Positions 1 to 10,394 of a DNA stretch of 64,000 bases are shown piece after piece (the stretch's first letter is position 1; each line of letters begins with the position of its first letter). Position numbers and translations under genes: made by a program. The stretch spans positions 1,984,001 to 2,048,000 of the forward strand of contig OZ245003.1 in assembly GCA_965223425.1 (NCBI GenBank), read 5' to 3'. The notes below the pieces were generated by a model. It saw only the letters and a program-made list of their open reading frames with translations, did not search any database and had not been told where the DNA came from. This DNA comes from Nitrosopumilus sp. Lineage in GTDB: Archaea > Thermoproteota > Nitrososphaeria > Nitrososphaerales > Nitrosopumilaceae.

Positions 1-55
1 CTGCCATGGCCAAAATGACTGTTTTTTACGCTTGAATTCAAATTTTGCTACAGGA

Positions 56-1346
56 GGTTCTGTGAAGTTATCGGGAGTTACATGTCAATTCCCAAAATGT
101 ACAAGCCTCCAAACCGCAAGATATTCGCTGAAAGCGATAAAGCCAATATCACAGAAATATGCGCCGAACTCTGACCTAATGGATATGGCGGCTACATTCA
201 CAAAGATGGCCAATCATTGCATCAAGATAGGGTTGAAAGAAGACACTCACGATATGAAGAGGCTGTCCATGTTATGTTGTCATGAATTGCGTAACTATGG
301 CATTTTATCAACATACAAACTAAATGCAATATCAAGAGCTGCAGGCATATTATCAAACAGAAAACAATCAGTCAAACGAGGTGTCAGAATAAGAGGCCCA
401 ATAGTCAAAAATCCCTTTATGACAAACTGTTACGGCATAAAACACAACGGTGCACTACTAACAATCCCATACAAGAAACATAACCCAATCAACATTTTAC
501 TCAACGATCACACCCAAAAAATCCTGTCTGATCCCGCCCTGACGGTGCGCTCGTTTTCACTGACTGCCCTCAACATCAGTCTTTGTGTTTCAAAAAAAGT
601 ACAAGAGATAGAGTGCACCAAGAAAGTTGGAATAGACAGAAACCTAAGAAATGTGACGTGTGGGAGCGAGGAAGGGGTGACAGTCTGCAAGACAAACAAA
701 CTGTTATCCATAAAGGAGAACACAGTACACGCCAGGGCAGGCTTCCACAGAAATGACCGCAGGAAGAAAAATCAGTTCTGGAAGATAAAACAGCGAAGAC
801 TGACCAATAGAACAAAACAATACATCCACAGAATATCAAAGGATATTGTGGATAATGCCGTCAAAGAAAAGGCTGCAACCGTTCTAGAAAACCTGAAAGG
901 AATTAGAAAACTCTACAAAAAAGGAAATGGTCAGGGCAACAAGTACAGGCGCAGATTGAACGGGTGGCAATTCTACGAGCTGCAACGCCAAATAGAATAC
1001 AAAGCCCGATGGGTCGGGCTCCCGCCAGTCGAGACAGTAGACCCAAGAAACACGAGCACGCAGCGTCCGCAATGCGGAAAGAGACTCCAAGAGGACATGC
1101 AACAGCATCGTAAACTGTCGTGTAATAATTGCGGTTTGTTTATGGACAGGGATATTGTCGCTGCCATGAACAACATATCACGCAAGCTGCCCCCCAGGTT
1201 TAGGGGCAGTAGAGATGACATATGTGAAGCGCAGTCCGGCACTTTTGAGCCGGCGATGACGGAATCCGGCACACCATTGGCAATCCGAATAGCCGATATG
1301 TCAAAGTCGAGTTATGGGGGTTAACTCCCGATAACTTCACAGAACC
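56..1346 (+). mobile_element. Non-autonomous tnpB-only element with 25-bp TIRs and 8-bp TSD (copy 1)
   Basis: Left end GGTTCTGTGAAGTTATCGGGAGTTA (56-80) is the exact reverse complement of TAACTCCCGATAACTTCACAGAACC (1322-1346). CTACAGGA flanks both sides (48-55, 1347-1354). A near-identical copy of equal length lies at 49639-50929. Confidence 0.93.
179..1324 (+). CDS. tnpB: RNA-guided endonuclease TnpB family protein (zinc-finger Cys replaced by Arg)
   Basis: RuvC motifs VGIDRN, VLENL and DRDIVAAMN; W-x-F-Y-E-L-Q-x-x-I-E-Y-K-A motif; TSTQRPQCG...CNNCG (copy 2 has TSTQCPQCG). The ORF-track start (32) lies outside the element; the true start is probably CTG 128 or ATG 179. Confidence 0.9.
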   Translation: MDMAATFTKMANHCIKIGLKEDTHDMKRLSMLCCHELRNYGILSTYKLNAISRAAGILSNRKQSVKRGVRIRGPIVKNPFMTNCYGIKHNGALLTIPYKKHNPINILLNDHTQKILSDPALTVRSFSLTALNISLCVSKKVQEIECTKKVGIDRNLRNVTCGSEEGVTVCKTNKLLSIKENTVHARAGFHRNDRRKKNQFWKIKQRRLTNRTKQYIHRISKDIVDNAVKEKAATVLENLKGIRKLYKKGNGQGNKYRRRLNGWQFYELQRQIEYKARWVGLPPVETVDPRNTSTQRPQCGKRLQEDMQQHRKLSCNNCGLFMDRDIVAAMNNISRKLPPRFRGSRDDICEAQSGTFEPAMTESGTPLAIRIADMSKSSYGG

Positions 1347-1390
1347 CTACAGGAATAAGGTTTTTATGTTAAAATCCGTGTTTCCGAATT

Positions 1391-1558
1391 ATGAGCAGTA
1401 GTAAAAAGTCAGCACCGCTTCCGGCATCAAGTGGGGGTCTCATGAGATTCTTTGAAGATGAGACCAAAGGGTTCAAGTTAGATCCAAAAATCGTAGTATC
1501 AATTCCTATAAGCTTAATTGTAGTCTCATGGGCAATCGACATATTTCTAGTTCCGTGA
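1391..1558 (+). CDS. secG: Preprotein translocase subunit Sec61beta
   Basis: Manual translation MSSSKKSAPLPASSGGLMRFFEDETKGFKLDPKIVVSIPISLIVVSWAIDIFLVP; GLMRFF motif plus C-terminal TM helix. Below the ORF-track size cutoff. Confidence 0.9.
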   Translation: MSSSKKSAPLPASSGGLMRFFEDETKGFKLDPKIVVSIPISLIVVSWAIDIFLVP

Positions 1559-1565
1559 AAAAACT

Positions 1566-3314
1566 ATGGAAAAATATTCAGATGATGTTTCAAACATACA
1601 CAGTAGGTTCTCCCTTACCCTAATCAATCCTTCTTCACACTATTTTTCATTAGCAGGCTCGTTAATTACGGCGGCAGTAATCTCATTTACAATATATCTT
1701 GGATATTTGAAAGACTTTGGAATTGATGAGGCATGGTATAGAATTCCAGCAGTGATTGGAGTGCTGCTGCTAACCCAATTACTAGATACAAGATTTACAA
1801 AGAAAAAAGAATACTCAAAATCATTACATTCATCTCTTTTTGCAAACATGTTATGGGCAGTTACGCTGTTGATGGGGTTGCTAGCAAGTTTTGTTTTGGC
1901 AAAAGAGACATCATTGTTCTTTGTGACTTTTGGCATGTTTCTATTTGCAAGTTTCAGAATAGGAATTTACACGACAACCCTAGGAATCAGCATCAGAAAA
2001 GCATGGGCAATATGTTTTGTACAGCCATTGGCAATGTTTTTCACACTGATTCCACAAGATATGTGGTTTTCAATTTTAGGTGATCCTGTAGCATTAGGAT
2101 ATGGCGCATCATTTTTGATAGTTGCAAGCGTATGGTCAGTGCTTACTGATAGAGCGGGAAGGCCCGGCATGGACAGCACTCACAAAACCATTCAAGCATA
2201 TCTTGCATCACAGGGAAATGATCATACGGATGCTGAAGAGATTATGGAGCAGCGCTCAAGTGAGGCCAAAGTTTCTACTGCTCAAATAAGACTATCATCA
2301 CCAAATGGCAAAACAGAATTTCGAATGGTATTGCCAGAAATACATCCGGGCCCATATCACCCCGTAGGTGGAAGCAATATACCATACCTAATTTACAAGA
2401 ATCTGGGCTCGTCTGCGATGGTCATGCATAGCATATCAGATCATGCCCTGAACTTACCGTCAAAAAATGAGGTGGAAAGCTATCTAAAAAATTTAGAAAA
2501 CAGCCAAGTCAAAGAAGAGGGATTACAATGCACAGAGCCAGTAACAGTTCAAATAAACAAGACACGGGTCATTGGACTGCTGTTTGGAAACAACCCGCTA
2601 TTATTTTTGTCACTGTCCCCACATGGAATGGAAGATATTCCAAGTTATATGAAAACAGAAATTGAAACATATGCAAAGAATCGAAACTATGCTAGAACCC
2701 TGATAGTAGACTGTCACAATGCCATGGGAGAGGAAATTTCAAAAGAGGACGGAGAAGACATGCTAAAGGCTGCAAAATCTTGTTTAGACACTCTAATCAC
2801 AAAAGAGAGCTATCCAATTGAATTTGGCTACGCAAATTCAGACAATATGGACGTGTGGACAGAGGACTTGGGGATGGGGGGACTAGGAGTTGTTTGTCTG
2901 AAAATCAACGATAAGAAGTATTTTCTTGGATGGGCAGACGCAAACAACATGGAAAATGGCGTGAGAGAGAAAATTATCGATAATTTTGCAAAAAGGGATT
3001 ATCAGTTACTTGAAATTTGTACATCAGACACGCATTATGCTCCAGTCAAGGCCAGAAACAGAAATGGATACTATCAGTTAGGATTGATTACCGGGGCAGA
3101 CAAGCTTTCAAAATGGCTGCTAGAGATTGCAAAAAACGCAGAGACGAAAACCACATCTGCAAAATTTGAGATTTTGGAGAATGAGACCAAAGTGAAGGTC
3201 ATGGGACAGGGAATCTATGAGGATTACTCCAAAGCACTTGACAATTCCCTAAAGATCACCAAGTGGTTCCTAATTGGCGGAGTTTTGCTGTTTGTGACTA
3301 GTTTGTTTTTATAG
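1566..3314 (+). CDS. DUF2070 family archaeal membrane protein
   Basis: N-terminal multi-TM region; HPGP, VDCHN and TSDTH motifs; C-terminal TM. Confidence 0.85.
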   Translation: MEKYSDDVSNIHSRFSLTLINPSSHYFSLAGSLITAAVISFTIYLGYLKDFGIDEAWYRIPAVIGVLLLTQLLDTRFTKKKEYSKSLHSSLFANMLWAVTLLMGLLASFVLAKETSLFFVTFGMFLFASFRIGIYTTTLGISIRKAWAICFVQPLAMFFTLIPQDMWFSILGDPVALGYGASFLIVASVWSVLTDRAGRPGMDSTHKTIQAYLASQGNDHTDAEEIMEQRSSEAKVSTAQIRLSSPNGKTEFRMVLPEIHPGPYHPVGGSNIPYLIYKNLGSSAMVMHSISDHALNLPSKNEVESYLKNLENSQVKEEGLQCTEPVTVQINKTRVIGLLFGNNPLLFLSLSPHGMEDIPSYMKTEIETYAKNRNYARTLIVDCHNAMGEEISKEDGEDMLKAAKSCLDTLITKESYPIEFGYANSDNMDVWTEDLGMGGLGVVCLKINDKKYFLGWADANNMENGVREKIIDNFAKRDYQLLEICTSDTHYAPVKARNRNGYYQLGLITGADKLSKWLLEIAKNAETKTTSAKFEILENETKVKVMGQGIYEDYSKALDNSLKITKWFLIGGVLLFVTSLFL

Positions 3315-3951
3315 TTTTCATCTGATTAATATTTCCATAAAACTCATCTATGAATGAAGAAAATTGAAAAATTGGCACTATGGGAACGTTTTCTATGAAA
3401 TTAACTTTATCCTGATATAATGTTACAATAACTGGAACGGCAGTTGCTCCTTGGGTTTTAGCAACATAGCGCTTTGTTCTTTCAATCTGCTTTTTGACAG
3501 CAGTTCTTAGGGATGAGGTGTTGTATCTCTTCCAATGTTTACAATCAATTAAAATCGCAATGCCCAACCTAATTCCAATGACATCAATTTCCATTCTAGG
3601 TTTAGTTAGAATCATATTTTTAATTACTGCAAAATCTTTTGAAGCCAGAATTGCAGCAGTTAATCCTTCAAAATCTTTCCAGTCCAATCCGACGGAGATT
3701 TCGTCAATAGGAAATCCCCTCTCAAGTAATGCAATAGCTATTTTTAGTTTGTCGCCATTTTCAAAATAATAGGAATTGTCCTGTTTTGTTCCAATGTCGT
3801 TTTTTAGGAATTCATCTAGAATGGTTTTCGAGTCTGTAGGATTTAGTTTTGTAACGGCAACAAAATCCTCAACTGAAATTCCACCAGAGATAATTCCTTT
3901 TAATCCAGCAATCATTTTAGGGTGAATTTTCAACTGAATAATTTGACTCAT
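3298..3951 (-). CDS. Mrr-like PD-(D/E)xK restriction-endonuclease-fold protein
   Basis: LDWKDFEGL...EIDVIG...IDCKHW motif. Start moved to MSQIIQ to avoid overlap with the divergent gene. Confidence 0.7.
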   Translation of the reverse strand: MSQIIQLKIHPKMIAGLKGIISGGISVEDFVAVTKLNPTDSKTILDEFLKNDIGTKQDNSYYFENGDKLKIAIALLERGFPIDEISVGLDWKDFEGLTAAILASKDFAVIKNMILTKPRMEIDVIGIRLGIAILIDCKHWKRYNTSSLRTAVKKQIERTKRYVAKTQGATAVPVIVTLYQDKVNFIENVPIVPIFQFSSFIDEFYGNINQMKTIKTN

Positions 3952-3994
3952 GAAGTGAATATAGGTTTTATTACAGGCACTTGAAATTACAATT

Positions 3995-6451
3995 ATGAAA
4001 AAATTGCTAGTTATCATACTAGCTCTTTCAATTGCAACCATAATGTATAATGAAGCATTTGCAGAAAAAAATACATTCTTTGACTCAGTCAAATTCATAC
4101 AGTATTTAGACGAAAATACAGCACTAGAAGAAGTGCGTAATGGAAACCTGGACGTGTATTACTATGGAATCTCATCAGACAGGTTGGAGAATCACCAGGC
4201 AGGGGACGGTTTACAAATTTTTGATTCCACGGGAGGATCATACAGCATCCTTGTTAATCCTGCTGAATCTGAAAAATTCAATCCGTTTTCAATCAAGGAT
4301 GTCAGGTTTGCGTTAAACTATCTGGTAGATAGAAAATTAATTGTAAATGAGCTGATGGGCGGGTACGGGGCCCCAATCATTTCCTACTATAGCACGTCAG
4401 ACCCGGAATATCTTACAGTTATTGAACAGTTGGAGACATTTAATTTCAAATACAATCCTGCTCTTGCACAAGAGATTATTGATAAAGCACTCAAAGAAAA
4501 AGGGGCAGTAAAAGTCAATGACAAATGGCACATGGGTGAAAGCCCAATCGGGATTACAATTTTCATCCGAAGCGACGATCCGGTTAGAAAATCAATAGGG
4601 GAAATCCTAGTAGTTGATCTAGAAAAAATCGGGTTTGCCGTAGCAAAGGATTTCGGGGATCTGAACAAAGCATTTGTGGTGGTATACGGCTCAGACCCAT
4701 CTGATTTGAAGTGGAGTTTATACACTGAAGGATGGGGGCGTTCTGCGTTTGTAAGATATGATGCGGCAGGGTTAGGACAGATGTATTCTCCTTGGTTTTC
4801 AAACATGCCAGGATTCAACGACCCAACATATTGGAATTACAAAAATGAGATGTTAGACGAACTTACTCAGAAGATATACACGGGCGATTTTGAATCATCA
4901 GATAAGAGATCAAAATTAATTCAAGACGCAGTTGTTGAAGGGGTAAACGAGTCTGTCAGAATTTTTTTAGCAAGTAAAATTGATCAATATGTTGCAAATG
5001 AAAAGATTAGCGGCATAGTTAATGACTTTGGTGCCGGAGTTCCAAGCAGATTCACGCCCATTAATGCAAAAAGTGACAGTAACGAGTTTGTAGTCGGGGT
5101 CAAACAAATCTATCAAGGAGCGTGGAATCCAGTAATGGGGCTGACTGACAGTTATAGCAGGCATATCTGGGGAGTGGTGTCAGATCCTGGAACGTTTAAG
5201 CATCCCTTTACAGGGGAAACATTTCCAGTTAGGGCAAAATGGCAGGTTGAAACTGCAGGACCAAATGACAAGCTAGCAGTCCCCCAGGATGTGCGAATTT
5301 GGAAACCATCAATGCAAAAATGGGGCAATGTTGATGCTGACACGTTTGCAACAAGCAAAGTAACGTTTGATTTTGAATTTAGCAATTGGCACAACGGGGA
5401 AAAAATGGACATGAATGATATCCTACATTCATTATACTTTACAATAGAATGGGGAACACAGACTGATAAGAATGACAAAACTTTCGATACAGAGTTTACG
5501 CCAAGGGCTGCTCAAAGCATTCAAACAATTATCGGTGTAAAGCCAATAGATGAGAATACGATCGAAGTCTATGTGGATTATTGGCATTTTGATGAAGGGG
5601 AAATTGCAGACTGGGCAGCAATATGGAATACAATGCCATGGGAAGTCACATCTGCAATGGAAAGAGCAGTCATGGATGGAAAAGTATCATTTTCCAGATC
5701 CGGTGCTACAAGCAAAAATGTAAACTGGCTGTCGTTGATTATTCCAAACGATGCAAACCTTGTCAAAGACTATCTGCAAGAATTCAAAGACTCCAGCTAC
5801 ATTCCCACATCATTAAAAGAAAACAATGAAAACGAGTATTTCCAAAGCAGGTATGATTCTTCAATAAAATGGATTGAAGACAACAATCATGCGGTAATTA
5901 GCAACGGCCCATTTTATCTGGAATCATATGCGCCAGAATCGCGTACAATAACAGTTAGCGCATTTAATGACGGGTCATACCCATTTAAAATCGGAAGATG
6001 GTCTGAATTTGAAAAAGCAGAACTGCCAGTAATCAAAAACGTGGAAATTAAAAAAACCATTCAAAGAGGAGGGGAATTAGAAATAAAAATAGAGGCAGAT
6101 AACTCAGATTCCATACATTATTTTTTGACAGACAGCGAGGGCAAGATGATACTATCTAACAATATCCAAATGGAAGAAAACGAGATTACGATCAACATAC
6201 CATCAGAAAACACAGAAGCGTTGGGAATAGGGGCAAACAATATCAAAATATTTGCAACTTCAAACTCAGTATTAAAGCCGGATTTTTATGAATCAAGTTT
6301 TATTGCAACAGATGGCAAAACAGAATTGCCAACTAGTTTGCACAAAGACATAGAGTTTACAGAAAATGAATCAGAATACGGGGTTTGGCTGATAATACCA
6401 GTACTGATTATTATTGGAATTGTGATTTACTTGAAGAAAAGACGCCTATAG
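3995..6451 (+). CDS. ABC transporter substrate-binding protein (family 5, peptide/nickel-like), membrane-anchored
   Basis: Signal peptide; NPFSIKDVRFALNYLVDR; WHNGEKMDMNDI; ISNGPFYLESY; C-terminal TM. Confidence 0.85.
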   Translation: MKKLLVIILALSIATIMYNEAFAEKNTFFDSVKFIQYLDENTALEEVRNGNLDVYYYGISSDRLENHQAGDGLQIFDSTGGSYSILVNPAESEKFNPFSIKDVRFALNYLVDRKLIVNELMGGYGAPIISYYSTSDPEYLTVIEQLETFNFKYNPALAQEIIDKALKEKGAVKVNDKWHMGESPIGITIFIRSDDPVRKSIGEILVVDLEKIGFAVAKDFGDLNKAFVVVYGSDPSDLKWSLYTEGWGRSAFVRYDAAGLGQMYSPWFSNMPGFNDPTYWNYKNEMLDELTQKIYTGDFESSDKRSKLIQDAVVEGVNESVRIFLASKIDQYVANEKISGIVNDFGAGVPSRFTPINAKSDSNEFVVGVKQIYQGAWNPVMGLTDSYSRHIWGVVSDPGTFKHPFTGETFPVRAKWQVETAGPNDKLAVPQDVRIWKPSMQKWGNVDADTFATSKVTFDFEFSNWHNGEKMDMNDILHSLYFTIEWGTQTDKNDKTFDTEFTPRAAQSIQTIIGVKPIDENTIEVYVDYWHFDEGEIADWAAIWNTMPWEVTSAMERAVMDGKVSFSRSGATSKNVNWLSLIIPNDANLVKDYLQEFKDSSYIPTSLKENNENEYFQSRYDSSIKWIEDNNHAVISNGPFYLESYAPESRTITVSAFNDGSYPFKIGRWSEFEKAELPVIKNVEIKKTIQRGGELEIKIEADNSDSIHYFLTDSEGKMILSNNIQMEENEITINIPSENTEALGIGANNIKIFATSNSVLKPDFYESSFIATDGKTELPTSLHKDIEFTENESEYGVWLIIPVLIIIGIVIYLKKRRL

Positions 6452-6937
6452 CAATCCAAAATCTTTTAAAATCAATTCTATTTGATCTTCATTTTTGAGT
6501 TTAGTGTATTCATCTAAGAGGTTTTGATTTAATTCATAAAAAGTGTGTCCCCACTTGAATTTATCAAGCAATTCTAAAGCTTGTTCTTTGAAACCTAGAA
6601 CAAATAGCGACGCAGACAATGCCTCTACGGTGGTCAGTTTGTTTAACTTTGAATAATTTACAGGATTTCCTGCAAGTAGGGGCGGAAGCCTTCGTTTTAT
6701 TCCATTGAATTTTTTTGAAAATGCCTTGTCAGCAAGATTCCAAGAACAGTCAACTCCAACTATGGAATTGATCAGGGATTTGTCTTTGGGCAGCAAAGTT
6801 TTTTCAGAAAAAGGATCTAAAACTAGCCCGCTGTTGCTGATTTTTTTAATGTCTTGTGCAAGACCGAACTTTATCATCTTGGCAGCTGTGCATTTTTTAG
6901 GATCATCTTGATAAAACATCAATACTTGTAATTTCAT
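6446..6937 (-). CDS. tsr3: 16S rRNA aminocarboxypropyltransferase Tsr3
   Basis: DDPKKCT, VDCSW, RRLPPLLAGNPVNY, LTTVEAL and FKWGHTFYELN motifs. Confidence 0.92.
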   Translation of the reverse strand: MKLQVLMFYQDDPKKCTAAKMIKFGLAQDIKKISNSGLVLDPFSEKTLLPKDKSLINSIVGVDCSWNLADKAFSKKFNGIKRRLPPLLAGNPVNYSKLNKLTTVEALSASLFVLGFKEQALELLDKFKWGHTFYELNQNLLDEYTKLKNEDQIELILKDFGLL

Positions 6938-6970
6938 TGCATTTAATTACAACTGAGTGGTATTTTGAAC

Positions 6971-9900
6971 TTACTCCAAAGTCTTGTATGTAACTTTGTA
7001 ATAGAATCGCGAAACTTGATCATCCTTGATGACCTCAACATTCCAGTTTTGATCAGGCAAAAAGTCCACAGATGATTCAGGCAGAATGCTGAATTTTTCT
7101 AGGCGCACATCCGGTCCGCTGTACCTAACTTTAAGATCAATCCCATCAACTTTTACAATGTCATAAATTTGTCCTGGTTTTCTGGTGGATTCTCTCACTA
7201 GGCAATCAGCATCAGGGCCAATAATACAAGTCTCAGCAGCTGTAGAAACTCTGAGGTTAACGTCGGATTGATCTGCTCGTGAAGGGGTAAGCAAAGAACC
7301 TGAAATGACCCTAGGGGCAATAGTGCCGTTATCAGTTATTTTTTCTTCAGTAAAGATTGTAATGGTCTTTTCTGGAATCCTGTTTTCCTTTTCGATTATG
7401 GTGCCGGGTTTCTGACTTTGAGGCGTTTCCACTACATTGAATTGAATGGACTTTGTTTCAAAGCCTGCATCCACAGTAACTTCGTACAGGCCGACTGAGA
7501 AAGCAGAATCAGGAATTATAAATTCGTGGGTAAATGAGCCAGAAGAGCTTGGACTGATGGAGGATGCGGGAATGGCATAAATTCCACAAATGAGGGGACT
7601 GCATGCCGTCCCGTCATCTGTCTGTTGAATGATGCTCAGGTCGAAACTCTCTATATAGACTAGCTTGTTTGGCTTTCCAGCAATTATTACTGTCTCACCA
7701 GGATAATATTCTGGTTTATCAGTTGAGAGTAGCAAAGACAGGCCCTCATCAACGCCAGGAGCAAATTCATGTGCCACGCTAAATTCTGTTTGAGTCCTAG
7801 TGCCGATATATTCTGCCTTTACAGTGTATGAGCCCTCATCAAATATGGTGAGAGGCAATTCAAAGAAGCTTGAAAACTCGCCTCCCTGGTTGTGATAAAC
7901 AGATGCTTCGTGAATCTTTTTGTACGGGAATGTCCCGTCAAGTACTGTAATTTGTACTCTTTCGGGAACTATCAGCCCTTCATCGCCCTGTTCGCGTATG
8001 ATTACATTTCCAACTACTCTTAATTTTTCGCCGGCCTTGTACAGGGATTTTTCAGTCGATACGAAGATCGGGGTTGTGGATAACGAGTCATTTTCAGGAT
8101 CTTCGGAGACCTTGAAGAAGACATTCACGCTTTCTGAGTCAATTGAGACCTTAATTTTGTAGACTCCAAAGTTGGACTTTGTTATATCCCTGTTATCATC
8201 AGTTTTGATAGTTTGGTATGCTTCAGCTGTCGGAGTGGTCCAAGACCATGAGAATTTTTGGTTATTGATGGAAGTTCCGGAATTTGTAACGGTTCCATCA
8301 GGTCTGGTAAGTGAGATATCTACTGTGTTGGCGCCCGTAGGAGGAACTAGCCCAGTCAAAGTAACAGTTTCCCCTAAACCGTAAACTTTCTTATCAAGTA
8401 GAATCATTTGGCCGTCTGCCAAATCAAGAGAGTCAGCTATTTCAAAAGTTGCCGTCGCCGCATTATCCTGATATTGCGCTTTTACCACATAGCTTCCCAC
8501 AGAAAATACAGTTCGAGTGACAGGAATCTCTATAGAATATCTACCGGAGGTTTCTGGAACGGCAGTAAAGGCATACCCAACAACTACGCCATCATTTACT
8601 CCAGTCTTGGATCCTGATGGCAGCGTGATAATTTCCAGAGGATTCCTATCTTCATCGGATATGGTTATGCTTACTACCGTACTTGTACCATAACTTGAAT
8701 TCTCATAAGGATCCCTCACAAATCCGCTGACAACCATCGTCTCGCCAAGGTCATAGGAGCCCTTGTCAGATTCTACAGTCAGCGGCTCAGTTGATGCAAC
8801 AAAGTTTTCAGGATCATCTACTGCATGGACTATAAGACTTGCAGAGCCAACATTCTTTGAAACATTAATTCTGTAATCACCCAGTCTATGTTCGCTATTT
8901 GGAATTGTGAATGTGTAACTAAAGGTACCATCGCCCATAATTGAAATTCCGTCTAGAATTTTAAATCCAACATCGCCTCCAGAAGATGGACTGGCAATCG
9001 ATGCCTGTTTTGTTTGTACAATCTCTAAATCCATGGTACCCACCCAAACTTGGTTTAATCTGCCAGTAATTTTGACTTTATCGCCTAGACCATAAGCTGG
9101 TTTATCAGACCAGAGTGAGATAGGAACATCTTCTTTGATGTCTTTTACCACTTCAAAAGTAGCTGAAGTGGACTTGTCAGAATATTCAGCGTTGATGACA
9201 TAGGTTCCAAATTCAGGATTCACAGTTGTAATGTAGATGTCAGTTGTGAATTTGCCGTCAGTTGGGTATAGGTTGCCGTCATAGATTTCGACACCGCTAG
9301 AATCTGTTACAGTAAACTTCATGCCTGCAAATGGGACAATTTCAGAAGCAGTCCCAACAATTGAGACTGTTTGGCCAGGAATGTATTGGGGCTTGTCAGT
9401 GACTATACTTAGTGATGAGTCTTCTTCTTGTTGCTGCTCTTCAATTAATTCAAATCCGACAGAAAAGCTTGTGCTTGCCACAGCACCGGCATAATTTACA
9501 GACACGTCATAAGTTCCTTCATTAATTCCAAGAACTTGTTGTAGTCTTATGGTTGTTTTATAATTTTTATCAAGATCAGGATACATGGTTACAGTTTCGT
9601 CAAAGTTTGGACCGGTGATGCGTATTACAATTTGTTCGGGTTGGTAAGAGGGCTTTACAACAAAAACCTCTTCAGAAACACTTCCGCGAATTACCGCAGT
9701 CTCACCAAACACATATGAAGGTTTGGCCGGTGCAGCTGTAACAACAAGTTCTTTTGCCTCTTGTACTTTAACTGGTTTTCCATTTGAAGAACCAATTGTT
9801 GATTTAACAAACTTCCAATCATCAGGACTGTCCAGATCATAGCCATCATAGACTCTCTGCCATGTGGTAAAGTCGTTTTGAGTATCAGTGAGCATGGGAG

Positions 9901-10258
9901 TCTTGTCAACTACGACGCCGTCAAGAGTTCTAAGCTCAACGGATTCGGCCGAGTCGGTAAACCAGATGCTTTGATATGAATAAGTCAGGAATTCTCCAGA
10001 CTCAATAATTGTTCCAAAAGGAATCGTCATTGTTTTTTTATGGGCAGTTGTAGATGCGATCTCCCATCCACTTAGATCAATGTCAGAATCTGTGGGGTTG
10101 TAAAGCTCTACCCATTCGGATATAGATGCTGAATCATCTCCAAGAGGGTTAGTGTCAACTTCGTTAATTACGACATTTTCTGAAGTTTGGGCATATGCTG
10201 GAACTATGATTCCTGCAAGTAGGAATATAGAAAATGCAATAGACAGGTTACGATTCAT
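6971..10258 (-). CDS. Large secreted surface protein with lamin-tail domain and repeated Ig-like (DKxxY-G) modules
   Basis: Signal peptide; VVINEV...EWVELYNPT..IDLSGW (LTD); repeated TDKPQYIPG / SDKPAYGLG / TDKPEYYPG units. Confidence 0.8.
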   Translation of the reverse strand: MNRNLSIAFSIFLLAGIIVPAYAQTSENVVINEVDTNPLGDDSASISEWVELYNPTDSDIDLSGWEIASTTAHKKTMTIPFGTIIESGEFLTYSYQSIWFTDSAESVELRTLDGVVVDKTPMLTDTQNDFTTWQRVYDGYDLDSPDDWKFVKSTIGSSNGKPVKVQEAKELVVTAAPAKPSYVFGETAVIRGSVSEEVFVVKPSYQPEQIVIRITGPNFDETVTMYPDLDKNYKTTIRLQQVLGINEGTYDVSVNYAGAVASTSFSVGFELIEEQQQEEDSSLSIVTDKPQYIPGQTVSIVGTASEIVPFAGMKFTVTDSSGVEIYDGNLYPTDGKFTTDIYITTVNPEFGTYVINAEYSDKSTSATFEVVKDIKEDVPISLWSDKPAYGLGDKVKITGRLNQVWVGTMDLEIVQTKQASIASPSSGGDVGFKILDGISIMGDGTFSYTFTIPNSEHRLGDYRINVSKNVGSASLIVHAVDDPENFVASTEPLTVESDKGSYDLGETMVVSGFVRDPYENSSYGTSTVVSITISDEDRNPLEIITLPSGSKTGVNDGVVVGYAFTAVPETSGRYSIEIPVTRTVFSVGSYVVKAQYQDNAATATFEIADSLDLADGQMILLDKKVYGLGETVTLTGLVPPTGANTVDISLTRPDGTVTNSGTSINNQKFSWSWTTPTAEAYQTIKTDDNRDITKSNFGVYKIKVSIDSESVNVFFKVSEDPENDSLSTTPIFVSTEKSLYKAGEKLRVVGNVIIREQGDEGLIVPERVQITVLDGTFPYKKIHEASVYHNQGGEFSSFFELPLTIFDEGSYTVKAEYIGTRTQTEFSVAHEFAPGVDEGLSLLLSTDKPEYYPGETVIIAGKPNKLVYIESFDLSIIQQTDDGTACSPLICGIYAIPASSISPSSSGSFTHEFIIPDSAFSVGLYEVTVDAGFETKSIQFNVVETPQSQKPGTIIEKENRIPEKTITIFTEEKITDNGTIAPRVISGSLLTPSRADQSDVNLRVSTAAETCIIGPDADCLVRESTRKPGQIYDIVKVDGIDLKVRYSGPDVRLEKFSILPESSVDFLPDQNWNVEVIKDDQVSRFYYKVTYKTLE

Positions 10259-10394
10259 TGCTGCTCCTGATTTTGTTGCATAGGAGACTCATTTTAGAAT
10301 GAAATTGAGGAAAAGTTGAGCTTGTTGTTAAAGTCATATATCTTAAAACCGTCAAAAACAAGCCTGATTTTCCAGTATCAAGCATACGTGGGAA

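Noticed and set aside
32-178. N-terminal extension of TnpB copy 1
   Set aside because: The start lies outside the TIR/TSD boundary and is absent in copy 2.
179-1324. Cas12f/type V CRISPR effector
   Set aside because: No array or cas1/cas2 nearby; two copies sit in mobile elements, so TnpB is the better call.
3952-4098. Longer start for the Mrr-like ORF
   Set aside because: Overlaps the divergent ABC substrate-binding gene and the shared promoter region.
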